Source: Octopus bimaculoides
Taxonomy: Eukaryota
Direction of reading: 5' to 3'
Length of the DNA stretch: 64,000 nucleotides
Assembly (NCBI RefSeq): GCF_001194135.2
Contig: NC_068987.1
Span: 99,462,678 to 99,526,677 of the forward strand
This document shows, one piece after another, positions 48,791 to 62,098 of this stretch. Made by a program: the position numbers and the translations under genes. Numbering within the stretch: position 1 is the first letter of the stretch; each line of letters begins with the position of its first letter. The notes below the pieces were generated by a model. That model was not told where the DNA came from. It saw nothing but the letters and a program-made list of their open reading frames with translations, and searched no databases.

Positions 48791-50667
48791 CGAAGCCCTG
48801 CAAGATTATTTCATTGATAATACCATTACTTCCCATTCACTTGCGTCAAAATTCTTTGAAGTATGTTTGAAAAAATATATATCGTTTCAATATGGTACAA
48901 AAGCCTTGAATGAAAAATATTATTCACTTTAATTGAATAACTTTCACTTTCTTTCTACGGATGCATTTATGTGTTTTCTTGCTACATTTATAAATTATTG
49001 TCCAAATACTTTTGAATACCCATATAAATATATATTCATTCCTAAGTTTAACAGTGTACAGTATAAGTGCGGTAGTTAATTTATATGATCCATTAATATT
49101 AACCTATAATTTCTCACTGTATATCGATATATATTACCCTCGGATAACTGCATTTATGATAGTGACTTACTATTATGAAATATCTCTTCTTTCCAATTGC
49201 ATGATGAAGATGTGGTTCTGCCAATTACGACACAGATATCTAACAAGACTCCTACCAGAGTAGGAATGCATGAATCAAATATCAGCGTACTCATATATCC
49301 TAACATTTATAAATTGCTATCCTTTTACCTAATATGTTTTATAGGCTGTCATATCAGTATACTGTTCAACTACTCGAACGGAAGTGGTATTGTTATACAC
49401 AAAAGTGATTCTGCAATAAACATCTTAGTTCCCAACGAAAAGAAAAGAAATCCGTTGACAGGGAAATAGTCACGAAATTAAATCTAATCGTATACTAAAA
49501 AGTATTTCCCTATCTTTTCTATTTAATAAAAGACGAATAATCTTCTCTTCTAGACTAAATCTCTGCTTACCATTACCATCTAATCGATACTCATACAATG
49601 TACAGCGTCTTAGTTTCTGCGATAGAAAAATGGGTAAACCTTGCCTCTTGAAATAGCATTAAATGCGCGATTGTTTTAATTCCAACGTTGACATCACCAC
49701 CTATCTCAGGAGTTACAGATTGCTAATAAATCCAAAATCACTGACTTTCAACAGCAACTCTTACACAAGGAGACGGACCCCCCCCCACAACACACACACA
49801 CACAGATTCACAAACACGCACACGTACACACAAATACACATCGACTCATACACAGAAATATAGACACACACACGACCATTTGCATATATCTGAATAAATG
49901 TATGTATATATACGAACCCGTGTATATATAGTACAGTTTGTATGCCAACATAATGTGGCAGTCCTATACAAGGACGAAGTTAGTGTCTTTTAGCTCCAGG
50001 AAAACATCGTTTCCAGTTGGCTACTGTTACACATCTTTTATAGTATATGCAAAGAAGTTATCGCCCCCATCTCTAGCCTTACGTGATACTCATAGTCCTA
50101 GGTTTCTGGGTTGTTACCTGTCCTCGGGGTGAGTCAACCCCCGGCTAGTGTGGAAGGCCCCCTCCACTATATTTCTTTGAAACGACGCAGACCCTGATCC
50201 TGTAAAGAGAAAAAAGGTTTTAAATCTCTGAGGGAGAGATAAGCAGTAACATACTCGAATAGTACAGTTTACTCGTCCTCCGTGTGACTTAATCACCGGC
50301 TGTTGGCAACTAAACAAATCTTGTGCCTTCGGAGGGCCATTACACCAAACATAATATCACGCAGTATGATACGATATCATTTCTTTATTGTCACTCCCTC
50401 CGTTTAGTACCTAACCGATTAATTAATCGATCGTTTGTTTAATATGTTGGTTATATATTCACTCGATTTTCTGTCAAAATACTTTCTTCTCGTTTCGCGA
50501 TATCCTCAAAGCATGCCGGCTCTCTGCAAAATTTGCTTTGGGAATAAAAAAACCCAGTTTCGCCAGGTTTTTAATCAAGTGACTAACAATAGACAAATGA
50601 TATTATCCTCCCAAAACACAAGGAGATATACATACATACATACATACATACATGCATACATAAATAA

Positions 50668-50758
<91 letters not shown>

Positions 50759-53700
50759 CACATACATATAAATTATGTATGTGTGTGTATGTGTATCTAT
50801 GCTTGTGTGTGTTTGAGTGTGTGTGTGTGCGTGTGAGGCTGTATAATGTTTATACAACATACGCTCACGTAAAACCGCTTTCCCTTTCAAATATAGCGTC
50901 AAAAATTTGGAATTAAAAACTGCTCGCAATTCGTATACCCATTACGACTGATGTTAGTATTTGTTATGGACTATCGGGACTAATTTGAACTGAAGGTCAC
51001 CGTTGAAGGCAAATATAAGATGTAGCATAGAAAGCAATTAAAATTTTTTTTTCCTTCATCTGATACATTATTGCTTGTGCAACTAATTCCATTCCTCCCA
51101 GTATCGTTTATCAATAATATACTTAAACGTGTTAAAAGATAGTTAAATACTGCTGGATTTTTATTTATTGGTAACAATGACACTTCCACCGGTCTGTAAA
51201 TTGTAGGATATATATATATTATTATCACGGAACGCGTAAAACTAGATAAATGGGCAACAGAAATCAGTCAATGCAAGAAAAGAGACATAAACTTTAAGAA
51301 ATTTATGAATTAGAAATGCAGAATGTGTGGCATATATCATTAGTTTACATAAGTGCCTGCAATATATTGTTAGTATGTGCCATGTTTTAATAAGTTATGG
51401 TTAGAAAATTTAATTAGCGCCATCAGCAAGGATACTTTCTTTTGAGTAAGGCAGGGATTATATTAGAATTCTGTGATGTGTACGCTGAGATGTACGTTAC
51501 ATTCAATAAATAGCTACGAAATTTTTGGGCTGTCTTCGACGTGTTTCTATGAAAAGATTAAAAAACACCACACATTATCTTTATCCCATTCAAGCTTTTC
51601 TTCCCAATTAATGCATGGCATGAAAATATTAAAGTTACTCGTTTATGTCCATATCCAATATTTATAATTTTCTACTGAATTCAACGTGTTTATAGTGTTC
51701 TGTTTCAAATCGTGAAAAGAAATCTTTTGGAGAGAAGGCCCTTCTAAAAATGGATTATTAGGTTAGAAAATTTTAAAAGGCTCTAACATATAACAATGTT
51801 TAATAGGATTAAGGTTGATTTTAATACTATAATATTGCCCAACACTAATATGATGAAAGAAAAATCTTGTGCCCGAGAACCCAATATCAGCTTCTCATTA
51901 ATAATGACTTGGGGGCATTATATACAATCAAGCTGAAATATTTTCGATGGGCTTACATTGTATTAGTTCGTTAGCCGTTGTGTTAAGCAAGAATGGGAAT
52001 CTAATAATGGGCAAATAGGTAAAGAACTCATAGTTTGAATAATTCCGGAGTCATAGAAATAATATCTCACATCGTGCTCTAATTTTACCTCATTGTTTCA
52101 GGCTATGCCAAATCCAATACAAACTCGATACTTTTGTAGAGATTACTTTTGTGTAGTTAGCACAGTTTGTATCCTTTTCTATTTGATTTAGCAGTCTTTT
52201 ACTTCCTGCATTCTTCCTTAGATTATACCAATCAAGGGTTTTAGTGCGATTGGCCATCATCAAAACGGAAACTTAGATATAGGTCTTCGTTACTTATACT
52301 TATTGATAGTTTATACTGCATATTGTGAAATATAATAGCGGTGATTACATGTTTCCAAAGAGAAACCAGATTCTTACAATCATAACTGTGGATTTGAATT
52401 AATGGATCTCTGACTGATGTGTTTTCTGCAGCATTACACCTTTTCAGTTCTGAATCACTTGCGTATATGCATACGAATAAAATGAAGGACAAAAATTGCA
52501 TTCTGACCCAAGAACTGAACCGCTAACTAATGACTAAGAACCGGTTGTATTAACTACCACGCTACACTACTTCATATTATAAACTATATAGTCAAATTCC
52601 AGAAAGAGATTTTTCTTAATCGATGCAATTAAATATACTAAACTTATGGAGGCTCTCGCATATAGAATAGTTTTAGCATGCTAATATTTCATACTGTAGT
52701 ATAACATGATTACATTTCTTACTATACGCTGCACACTGAACATGTACTAACATCATGAATGGATTCAGTCATATAACTAGCCTTTCACAGTTTAAGAAAG
52801 GTTGGATAAATAAGTTGGCAAAAAATACAGAAGCCTTTACCTAAACTGAAACTTTTCTATCATCAGCCACAATCTATATGTTTACGGTGCTGAACATGAT
52901 ATATTTTCCGCTTCTTTTTTTTAACTGAGGTTTTGACTCCCACTTACATGGACTGAATTAAAACATCAGGTATTGTGCTTTAATTATTATTATTATAAAT
53001 AATAGTGAATAAAATTTGCTCCAGATGTATTGGCTACGCACTGAGTCAAAGTAATATTAATGCAACTATAAACTGTTTTATTTCATGATTTGTAGGCGAA
53101 ATCGCTTTTAAAGAGATCTCATGTTCCAAAATTCTGGAGAAAAGTGGAATTACTTTGGCGTAATAGGTAATATTTAGAATTTTATAAGTGTAAGTCTTAA
53201 GACATTTCCAACAACTTTCTTGACTGATGATGTCGGTATGTTTCTGTCCTGTGTGAAAATACGTAGTTCAATATTTCCAAGTGTGAATTTCACGATACAT
53301 AGTCTCCCTCGTTTGTTGGGGTTGACAATTCATACGTTATGTTAATGTCGAATCCTGCAAACTTGCGAATGCAGTTCATACCAAAGTGTTAAGAATTAAT
53401 TGAAACAACTTGCGAAATTTCAAAAACCTACAACAACTATAACGCTGCACGATATCACCGTATAAAAGAAAGACAAAATTTATGCGTAATAATACAATGG
53501 GTTAAGTTTTCAAATGTTTGAGAAGGAACAGAAATTTGCTTCTTGCATAGGAAATATTATTTTATGAGTAGCAACGTAAGCGAAATGACTCTTTTGTGAA
53601 ATCGATAGTACATCACAAACATGCTTATCCTTGAGATTAGCAATATACTTACAACGCAAGTTCATGTTTCAAGTCTACAAGAGTACTTAGAAAAGTCCAT

Positions 53701-54099
53701 TTTGCAATCTCTTTATTTTCCAGTCATTTTTACAGATTATCTTTCTGTGCACATTTTCAGTTTACATTTCTTTCTTTTCACTTTTACATGATGATGAACA
53801 ATTTTGAAGTATCAATTATTCATTCGAGGAGAACATGTATATCTAGTATGTAAATTAGATATAGACACATGAATATAGATTCTGTATAACTTCAACACAG
53901 ATTGCTATCCGTAAATGGAATTTAGAGTTGGAAAGATTACCGATAAGATTCTCCGGTGGAGCATCCCACTTGATCTAAAACAGAATTGCAACAGTTATCT
54001 ACCTTATTTATATTGCATAGCCGCACGCACCAACATATATTATATTCCGTCATGATATATATCAGACTATCCACTATCTATATATGTGTGCGTGTGTGT

Positions 54100-54200
54100 G
54101 CAATATTTCAACACCGGAGTGTGGTCATACTGTGGCATCACTTTGTAGGATTCCACGGAACATATCCACAGCGGTTATCAAGCGGTGGTAGATGGCGAAC
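54100..54200. mobile_element. Decayed SINE fragment
   Basis: TGTGGTCATACTGTGGCATCAC...TCAAGCGGTGGTAGATGGCGAACACA, related to 22473-22640. Confidence 0.45.
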
Positions 54201-54409
54201 ACATGCAGAAAGGCTCACGCACATATACACGCACACGCGCAAACACAAACAGACGCACTCCCACACACGCAAACAGACGCACTCCCACACACGCAAACAG
54301 ACGCACGTGGGCGCATACCCCCACACACAAATACACACACACATACATATTTATATATACAGAAAGAGAGACAGAGACAGAGACAGACAGCGACAAAGAA
54401 AGAATATTC

Positions 54410-54840
54410 GTACGCGCTGGAATATGCGGTGACACGACCAAAGTTTACTCAGTACTAAGTTCCGCACTCTTCTCTTGTAATTGCTGTATCCCAGGATCCT
54501 TTGCCCGCTCTTCGAGGACGCTTGTCCTTCCACCGCAAACATGCAATTGTATTAACAACAGATACACTATCAGTCTATGTTATTGTGCCACATCCAGCAT
54601 AACTACTATAGTAGCGTCATCTAGTTGGTTAAAACATGCTAAATCGAACACAGGGAACTTTTATCGAGAAATGAGAATCCCAACATCACCCCACGAATTA
54701 ATACCAACCAAGATCGCTCCCATCACGTTTGTATTCCCAAATCATGTAAAGTTAGGACTTATTGTGAACAGCATAGATCCAAAACGATCTTGTCCTCATA
54801 TTATATCGAGAATAAATCTAATGAAGATGCTCTTGGTTTA
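54410..54840 (-). pseudogene. Probable RTE RT C-terminal fragment
   Basis: Minus frames: IACLRWKDK, VLEERAK.PGIQQL, KRRVRNL..FGRVT (cf. RRIL.I.W.DK..N.EVL.RA...I...RRLRW.GHV). Confidence 0.4.
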
Positions 54841-55626
54841 ATAAAATATCAAATTGAAGATGCATCATGTTCTGGTGTTGTAGCGTTGATGGTAAATGTC
54901 GACTTAGTTTATCATCATATGTAATTAGATTTGGAAAACTATTTAACAAACACCATCGTGACATTGCGGCACATATTTAAATTCTTTACGTATCAAGCTC
55001 AAATCTTTCCAATGTATTCATGTATTACAAAAAAAAAAAAAACAGTTTCATTTACAGCAAATAAACGCTTATCCAATTTATTTGTCCATACGCCTCTTAT
55101 AAATATTTTTTTGTTTAAAAATCGTATTTCTATTTTATGCTATCAACAAATCACCGGAATGCTTACTGAGATCAATTACTTTACTGTCCATCTTGTATTG
55201 TTGTTGCTAATGATGGCTAATTCTCAACGTTAGTTACTCGCACTGTGTGGTACATCCAAACATCTGGTGACTAAATATAAATCACCAGCCTCTGGGTTTT
55301 AAAATAAAAACACCGATTTACACATGCAATTAATTCAGATTCATAGAGGCCACTGGAGATATATCAATTATGAAACAAAATACCGTCTGAACTTAACGTT
55401 TTACTGTCCATAAAAAATATCTAATGACCATTAACAGGAACGGAATCATTGTGAAAATGCAGTGTGTCAACCAATGCACTTAACAATTATCAATACATCT
55501 CCATAGTTATGAATAACGACAATGGAAGTATACGAAGTTAACTTTAAGGAATAGAAGTGTCAGTGGTCAAAGTTTATATGCTACGTGCAGTGAAAATTGA
55601 TTAAAATAGATACGTGCTGTTTTACA

Positions 55627-55834
55627 GTGCTTATTTTTAGCTGGTTAATAACATTTTCGCACTTCTAAACAATCTCCAAATTAAAAATCATTCATATATA
55701 TATATATACACACACTCATGGTAATATGGACGTAATTCGGATTTTAAAAAATCTTTTTACCTTAGATGAATGATTCTTAATTCAGGGATTGCTTAGAAGT
55801 GCGAAAATGTTATTAACCAGCTAAAAATAATCAC
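55627..55834. repeat. Inverted repeat, arms about 69 bp (55627-55695 and 55766-55834), MITE-like
   Basis: TTATTTTTAGCTGGTTAATAACATTTTCGCACTTCTAA mirrored exactly by TTAGAAGTGCGAAAATGTTATTAACCAGCTAAAAATAA. Confidence 0.9.
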
Positions 55835-56632
55835 AGTAATATATAAGCACAGTAATATATATATATATATATATATANNNNNNNNNNNNNNNNNNNNNNN
55901 NNNNNNNNNNNNNNNNNNNNNNNNCTCATGCTTCTTTATTGCCTACAAAGAGCATACATTGTTAGAACAAAATAGGGTCGGGAACGAAGCAACGACAGTC
56001 TTACAGGGGACTGGGGCTACAATCATGATAATTTGAATTAAATCGGAAGGAAACATCGAGATTTACAATGAAAATGAGAAATGCAAATAAAAATATAAAT
56101 ACGAATAGAAATACATCGTTCATGGGTTCTTGTTTAACCCGCCATCTTCTTTCCTGTGATTATTCTCTACTTTTTTTTTTCTTTTTTTCCTTCTTTTTCC
56201 TTCTTAGCCGGCTACACTATCACGGCCCCATATATTCTCATCTTCTTTAACACAGTTGTCTATATTTTTCCGTACACACTCTAAGGCAGGTACCTTTTCT
56301 CCAGACGGATCATTCTCAACAGGTAGAAGTTAAAATAACTTGCCAACTCGTGTCTGGAGATAAAGTGGAATGTCTCAATCCACGTCGCACTTGTCATCCA
56401 TACTGTATATTTCAGTATGGCTAATACGCAGACAAAAAAATGCTATATTTTTCTTGTTAAAGGGGTGATGCTGTACGATCTTAACTATGGGCTCAATCAA
56501 GAGCCGTACTTTTTCTGCATATGTTGACACCTGCCCCACATGAACCTCGTGCATGTGGGGGAGGTGTCAACATGCACCACGTGCATGCTTGTGCATCATC
56601 AGACAAGGCATCCCTTGTCCACCCTTTAACGG

Positions 56633-57608
56633 TTTCTGGCAACCGATTCGAGTATACAGTGGCCAGTATGTTACCGAACACGTCTGGCATACTCTTATAA
56701 AATTTGTAAGGCAGACTATCCAATCCAGGCGACTTGTCCCCGTGATTCTCGGAAATCACCTCTGTGACCTCTTCAGTCGTGATTGACCCTTCACAGCGCT
56801 CAACGTGACGCGCTGAAAGAGGCGGCCCGCCGACCAGGAAATCCCGGAGGGCATATCCATGGTCCAGCGTCTCGCTCCTCCCGAACAACGCAGCAAAGTG
56901 CTCGTGAAAGGCCTTGCACATCTCCTCCGTCCTTCGATCTCCTGTCCATGCTCGTTAACCACAGACCTTATCGTAGCATCCACGCTACGTTGGGTTTCTA
57001 CCGAGCGAGCCCACCCGGCAACGTTAATATTCTCGCGACCCAGTGCACGTACTTCATCCCGGACTCTGATTCCTTCGTGTTTGGCATTGAGGTGTCGGTC
57101 CAATGCCGTTCTCGCCGAAAACACTTGGGGTGTAGAGGCCAATCTCAGCGCTTCTTCTAACGCCTTCACTAAATCCCTTTCTACTCTATTCTGCTTTAGA
57201 TTTAACTGCTTGCTAAATCTAGTCGACTCAAGTCGAACGCCTCTTTTGAGGGCACTCCACCACCGGTTATTTAACATAATGCCGGTTAGTGCCCTCATTA
57301 TCAACACCTTAATCTGACTACGGTAAGTTCCGCAATCCAATAGCGACTTGTTCAACTTCCAGTAACCAAATCCCTATCTATGGGCCTTATCTATATGCAA
57401 CCCCCACGTCACTAATTTGTGGTCCATGTAAACTGTGAACACCAATAAACAAGACATATTTCTAGCATTCACTATAATCCTGTCTATGTAAGACCTAATT
57501 GATCCGTCATTATTAGTCCAAGTCCACAGTGGAACGCTCGGATTATCAAGTCTATATCTATCTGCCAGCCTAAATCGCTTCAACAGATCGACAAGTTGCA
57601 TTTCTTAC
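56633..57608 (-). pseudogene. Tx1/L1-clade LINE ORF2, inverted 5' segment (end of APE endonuclease to start of RT)
   Basis: LADRYRLDNP...WTWTN...SYIDRI...DHKLV, GYWKLNKSLL, DKSPGLDSLPYKFYKSMPDVFGNILATVYSN. Confidence 0.88.
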
Positions 57609-57680
57609 GTTATTTTAGCTTCTCCCTAGTGAGAAAGATTTATCTGGAGAAAATGTACCTCCTTCAGAGTGTGTACGGGA

Positions 57681-58640
57681 TTTTATTAAAAGTATGCCAG
57701 ACGTCTTCGGCAACATACTGGCCACTGTATACTCGAATTGGCAGCAGAACGGGAGAATTCCCAAATCTGAGAGCCGAGAAGTGATGACACTGATCAGGAA
57801 GGGGGATAATATTAATAACTTTCGAGCAAGGGGAATAATACTAATAACTTTTGGCCCATGACTTTGTTAAACAAAGGGTTAAAGATTCTGGCCATGTTGC
57901 TAGCCACAAGTGTGAGGATTGTTGTAGGCGACCTGGTGGGAGAGGCACAGACATGTGCCATCCCCAGGAATGATGGGACATCACAACCTTCACTTCGGTC
58001 GATACATCATAGAGAGGGTTAGTAAAGTTCCTGGTAATTGTGGGGCACTGGTGAATATAGACCAGTATAAGGCAATCATACTGTCGACCATATGTATCTG
58101 GTGGTGGTGGTCCTCCGAGCGGTCGCACTGGGCCCGAATTTTCGAGGGTGGATCGAAGATTTGTATTGCAACATCAAATCCGTTGTCCGAATGAATGGGT
58201 TCTTCTTGAATCCGTTCGCGATCGAGCGCTCGGTTCGCTAGGGCTGCCCCTTTCCCGCTCCTGTATGTTGTGGCTCTTGAGCCACTTCTACGGATAGTGG
58301 GGACTATGAGGGGACCCGCGTGATCTATGTTACGGTAAAAGTGCGATGGCGTAAGCGGATGATGTCAGCATCATTGTGTCTGATGAAGGGCAGCTACCTC
58401 GTGTAGAAGACGCCATCAAAAGATAGGAAGCGCTGGCAGGGGCAAAATTAACCAGGAGAAATCAGTCAGCTTGCACCTCGGTACCTGGCGTGGGAAGTCT
58501 ATGTCTCCCAACAGTGTCGTCGGCCGCTGAACGGAGGACCCGGTTAAATTGCTCGAAATCTAGATTGGGCTAAATCTCCAGGTGGAGAAAACCTGGGGTG
58601 AGGTGACGATTAAAGGGGACGGCCATAACACACACCTGGT
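57681..58640 (+). pseudogene. Tx1/L1-clade LINE ORF2, RT segment in forward orientation
   Basis: KSMPDVFGNILATVYSNWQQNGRIP..., NFRPMTLLN-like, AQTCAIP, ALVNIDQYKA, SVR*GCP.SP, (Y)ADDVSIIV, GAKINQEKS. Confidence 0.88.
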
Positions 58641-58728
58641 CTGGGACGACGTTATCCTTGCTTTGTGGTGGGCAGGTGTGTTCAATGGATGTCAAGCAGC
58701 TTTTTCCACAGCTGGAGCCCCTGAGGGA

Positions 58729-58783
<55 letters not shown>

Positions 58784-58967
58784 CTTTTGTGGTTCTACAT
58801 TCAGCGCCGAGCTGTTTATATTGAATTATATATATGTGTGTATAGATCGATAGATGTATTTGCATATATGCATACGCATACAGATATGCCTATACGCACA
58901 CTCACACAAGTATATATATATATATATATATATACAGAGAGAGAGAGAGAGAGCGAGNNNNNNNNNN

Positions 58968-59029
<62 letters not shown>

Positions 59030-59683
59030 AGCATGCATAAACTAATTAAAAGAGATATGATATTCAAAATGATTTCCAGTTTTCGTAGATAAGTATTAGA
59101 TTATTGTGGAGAAGCAAACGCAGTGCTAATTCGGGTGAAGAACAACTGAGCATATGACCCATTTTACATAAGGGAACACTTCTCTAATTTCGTAGAAATC
59201 CGGGTCTTACTCTGCTTTCATACATTGTATGGCGAGCTATTCAAAGCACAATCAATAATTTGTAGTGAAAGATATTTGTGATCGATGAAGCTGTCCTTTG
59301 ATTTTCATGATTATGCGTTGTTCTAGGCAAATTGGAAAGATAGCCAATTCCATCTCTCGAGTTTCAACGCATTTTGAGATTGATTATTACCATATTATTG
59401 TATATAATTATTTCGTAATTAGTTACCATGTCTTCTCTATACAAAGTTATAAGTTGATCTACTAATATGGGATGTAAGAATATGAAATTCAAAACTATTC
59501 TGACTTAGTTCAAATAAATAGTTTCAATGATTGGTTTCGACATTAGGCAATCCAAAAGTCTTTAATTTATCCGTATGTAAATATCTGATAATTATCACCA
59601 TATAGTGTTTGTTTGTTTTGATATAATAATGATTTTTTCTAAGAATCATGTGTAAAGTTTCTTTATCTTCTTAAGAAAAATTA

Positions 59684-60955
59684 TTAGGTTGTCAAGTAAG
59701 TTCGTTTCGAGTTATTGATTTTGGTTTTAAATGATGTATTTTCAAATTAATTTTCGTTAAATTACTTTGACTTTATATATCATTTTAAAGTACGGTTTTG
59801 CTCTATCTAATCGTGTTACTCTTTTTCTTTTTGAATAATTAGGCCATTTTTTTCAGGAACGTTGAATACAACATGGACAAAAAGCAAATTCTCACAATTC
59901 TCTTATTCCAGTTCAAACTAGGCCTAAAAGCTGCTGAAACAGTTCGCGATATCAACGATGTATTTGGCCCAGGAACCACTAATGAACGTACAGCACAATT
60001 GTGGTTCAATAAATTTCGTAGTGGTGACGAGAATCTTGAAGATGATATGCATAGCGGTCGGCCATCGGATGTTGACAACGATCAACTAAAAACCTTAGTC
60101 GAAGACAATCCATGCGCAACTGTTCGAGAGGTTACTTCTGAATTAGACGTAACGTATACGACAATTTCCAAGCACTTGAAAGAGATTGGAAAAACAAAAA
60201 TACTTGAGAAATGGGTGCCGTACGACAACCAAGGAAAAAAAAAACATCCGTTTTGAAGTGTCATCTTCCCTTCTTTTACGCAACAAGTACGACCCTTTTC
60301 TCGACCGGAGTGTGACTTGCGATGAAAAGTGGATTCTTTACGCTAACTGACGACGCTCAGCTCAGTGGCTGGACGCCGAAGCTCTACGGCATTTCATGAA
60401 GCCAACGTTGTACCAAAAGAAGGCCATGGTAACTATTTGGTGATCTGCGGCCATCGCAGCTTTTTGAATCCTGGCGAAAACCTTACGGCGGAGAAGTGCT
60501 GTCAGCAAATGGATGAAATGCATAAGAAACGCCGACAACAACAGCCAGAATTGGTCATTAGAAAAGGAGCAATTCTTCTCCACGACGACACTCGGCTGTA
60601 CGTCGCACAACTGACCCTGCAGTAGTTGAACGAATTGGGCTACGAAATTCTACCTCATCCGCCATACGCACGAGGCCACTCGCCTACTGACTACTACTTT
60701 TTAAAAATATCTCGACAACTTCCTGCGAGAGAAATGCTTCAAAAACCAAGACGATGCCAAATACGCCTTCAACGACTTCATTGACACCAGGACGCAGGAT
60801 GTTTACCCTACTGACATAAATAAACTTGTTTCGCGTTGGCAAAAGTTTGGTGATTCTGATGCTGTTTATTTCGATTAATGAAGTGTTGTTTGAGCCGAGA
60901 TATGTGCATCTGAATGTTAAGGTTAAAACCCGCAAGAACTTTCTTGACAGCCTAA
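59684..60955 (+). mobile_element. Full-length mariner (DD34D; Hsmar1/cecropia-like), 1272 bp, defective
   Basis: TA|TTAGGTTGTCAAGTAAGTTC ... GAACTTTCTTGACAGCCTAA|TA: matching TIRs with TA target-site duplication. Confidence 0.95.
59873..60878 (+). pseudogene. Mariner transposase pseudogene
   Basis: MDKKQI...FKLGLKAAET...FRSGDENLED..SGRPS...KWVPY, TCDEKWILY, LLHDDTR, HPPY...SPTDYYF, ...YFD*; contains frameshifts and stops. Confidence 0.93.
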
Positions 60956-61999
60956 TAACTCGGAGAAAACTAAAAGTATAATCGATGGTAATACTTAGAA
61001 AATGTAACATTTATACAGGGCTATTTTAAAATACGGGTTTACTGATGGCAATCTGTCTACATACCAGTTCCGTTTGCTAGAAATATCAGTCCACTTTCTC
61101 AGCTAGATGTACCCTCATTAGACTTTGATTTCACAGAAAATACATTATCTCAGCATCAAAAATAGGTTTTGATAAGCTTTTTCATTCGTGTTTCATCTAT
61201 GGACAAATATATCCATCTTCAAAGAATGTAGGTTTCTAGGTAATGTTCTTAGTTAAGTGACAGTTTACAACAAAATGTTCATTTTGATCATATAAAATTT
61301 TCTATATCTAACGTAGGAATGTGTACTATATGAATATATATTTTGTTGTTCTTTCATTACAACGTCCCTGTAGATGAATTACGTATTAATATCATCGAAT
61401 TCATGCATTTTAATGTGGTTTCAAATGAAGCAAGAATTTGAACTACATTACTCCTCTAGAGATTGTATTTACATTACTAATATAGTTATAATGGATTCCG
61501 TAACCATAGAATAAATCCTGTTTATAATGAAATAATTATTTGTTTGCGGATTATGTATGGTATTCGTATATATAAAAAAATCCCATTTTTTTGTTCTTTT
61601 ACTTATTCCATAATATGCCGGCCCATTCTACTTTTACCATTCTCCATATTTATCATTCATTTAGCATTTGTAAGCCGCCGGTACATCATTGTGTTCGGTA
61701 GAAAAGTGGAAAATTCGTGCAATTTCGATTTATATTTTAACAAGGTCAATTTGAGGTAAATAATAAGGGTCAAAAACATGATATCATATTAACACTCACA
61801 AATATTCAAAATGTTTTCCTTGCAATTCTGTGAGCAGTTCAATATTTAGTGAGTCCCAAATTCGGATTTTCACTCTTGAAATGAACAATAAATTGTGTCT
61901 GAAAATCTGATAGCTGTTTCCATCCACAACTTTCTTCCATGATGTGGGGTTCACTCAGAAGGAAATGCCGTCAATGCTTCTTATGATTATGCGCTCATT

Positions 62000-62098
62000 T
62001 CATAACAGAGACCACCAATCACATAGTATATTGATGATCTAATTAATCCTAGTTAGTTGTGCCTTCAAATTTTCCGCTTTCCTAGCGACCACCCTGTA
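62000..62098. mobile_element. Isolated Tc1/mariner-type terminal fragment
   Basis: Ends ...CCTAGCGACCACCCTG|TA (a CAGGGTGGTC-type TIR end with TA); partner end not found. Confidence 0.4.

Larger units (their letters stand above)
1710..58967. other. Assembly gaps (N runs), approx.: 1710-2506, 8129-8327, 10493-10513, 11107-11560, 15729-15823, 19024-19185, 30439-30488, 32370-33079, 33791-34660, 37654-38417, 40192-40220, 40982-41755, 55878-55924, 58958-58967
   Basis: Runs of n, mostly flanked by (TA)n, (CA)n or (GA)n microsatellites, as expected for a short-read scaffold. Confidence 0.98.

Noticed and set aside
50080-50170. HDV-like ribozyme
   Set aside because: A UCCUCG loop-like word is present, but P1, P1.1, P2 and P3 could not be assembled consistently on either strand.
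54185-54841. 218-aa plus-strand ORF as a gene
   Set aside because: The first half is microsatellite-derived and the second half is the antisense of a probable RTE fragment.
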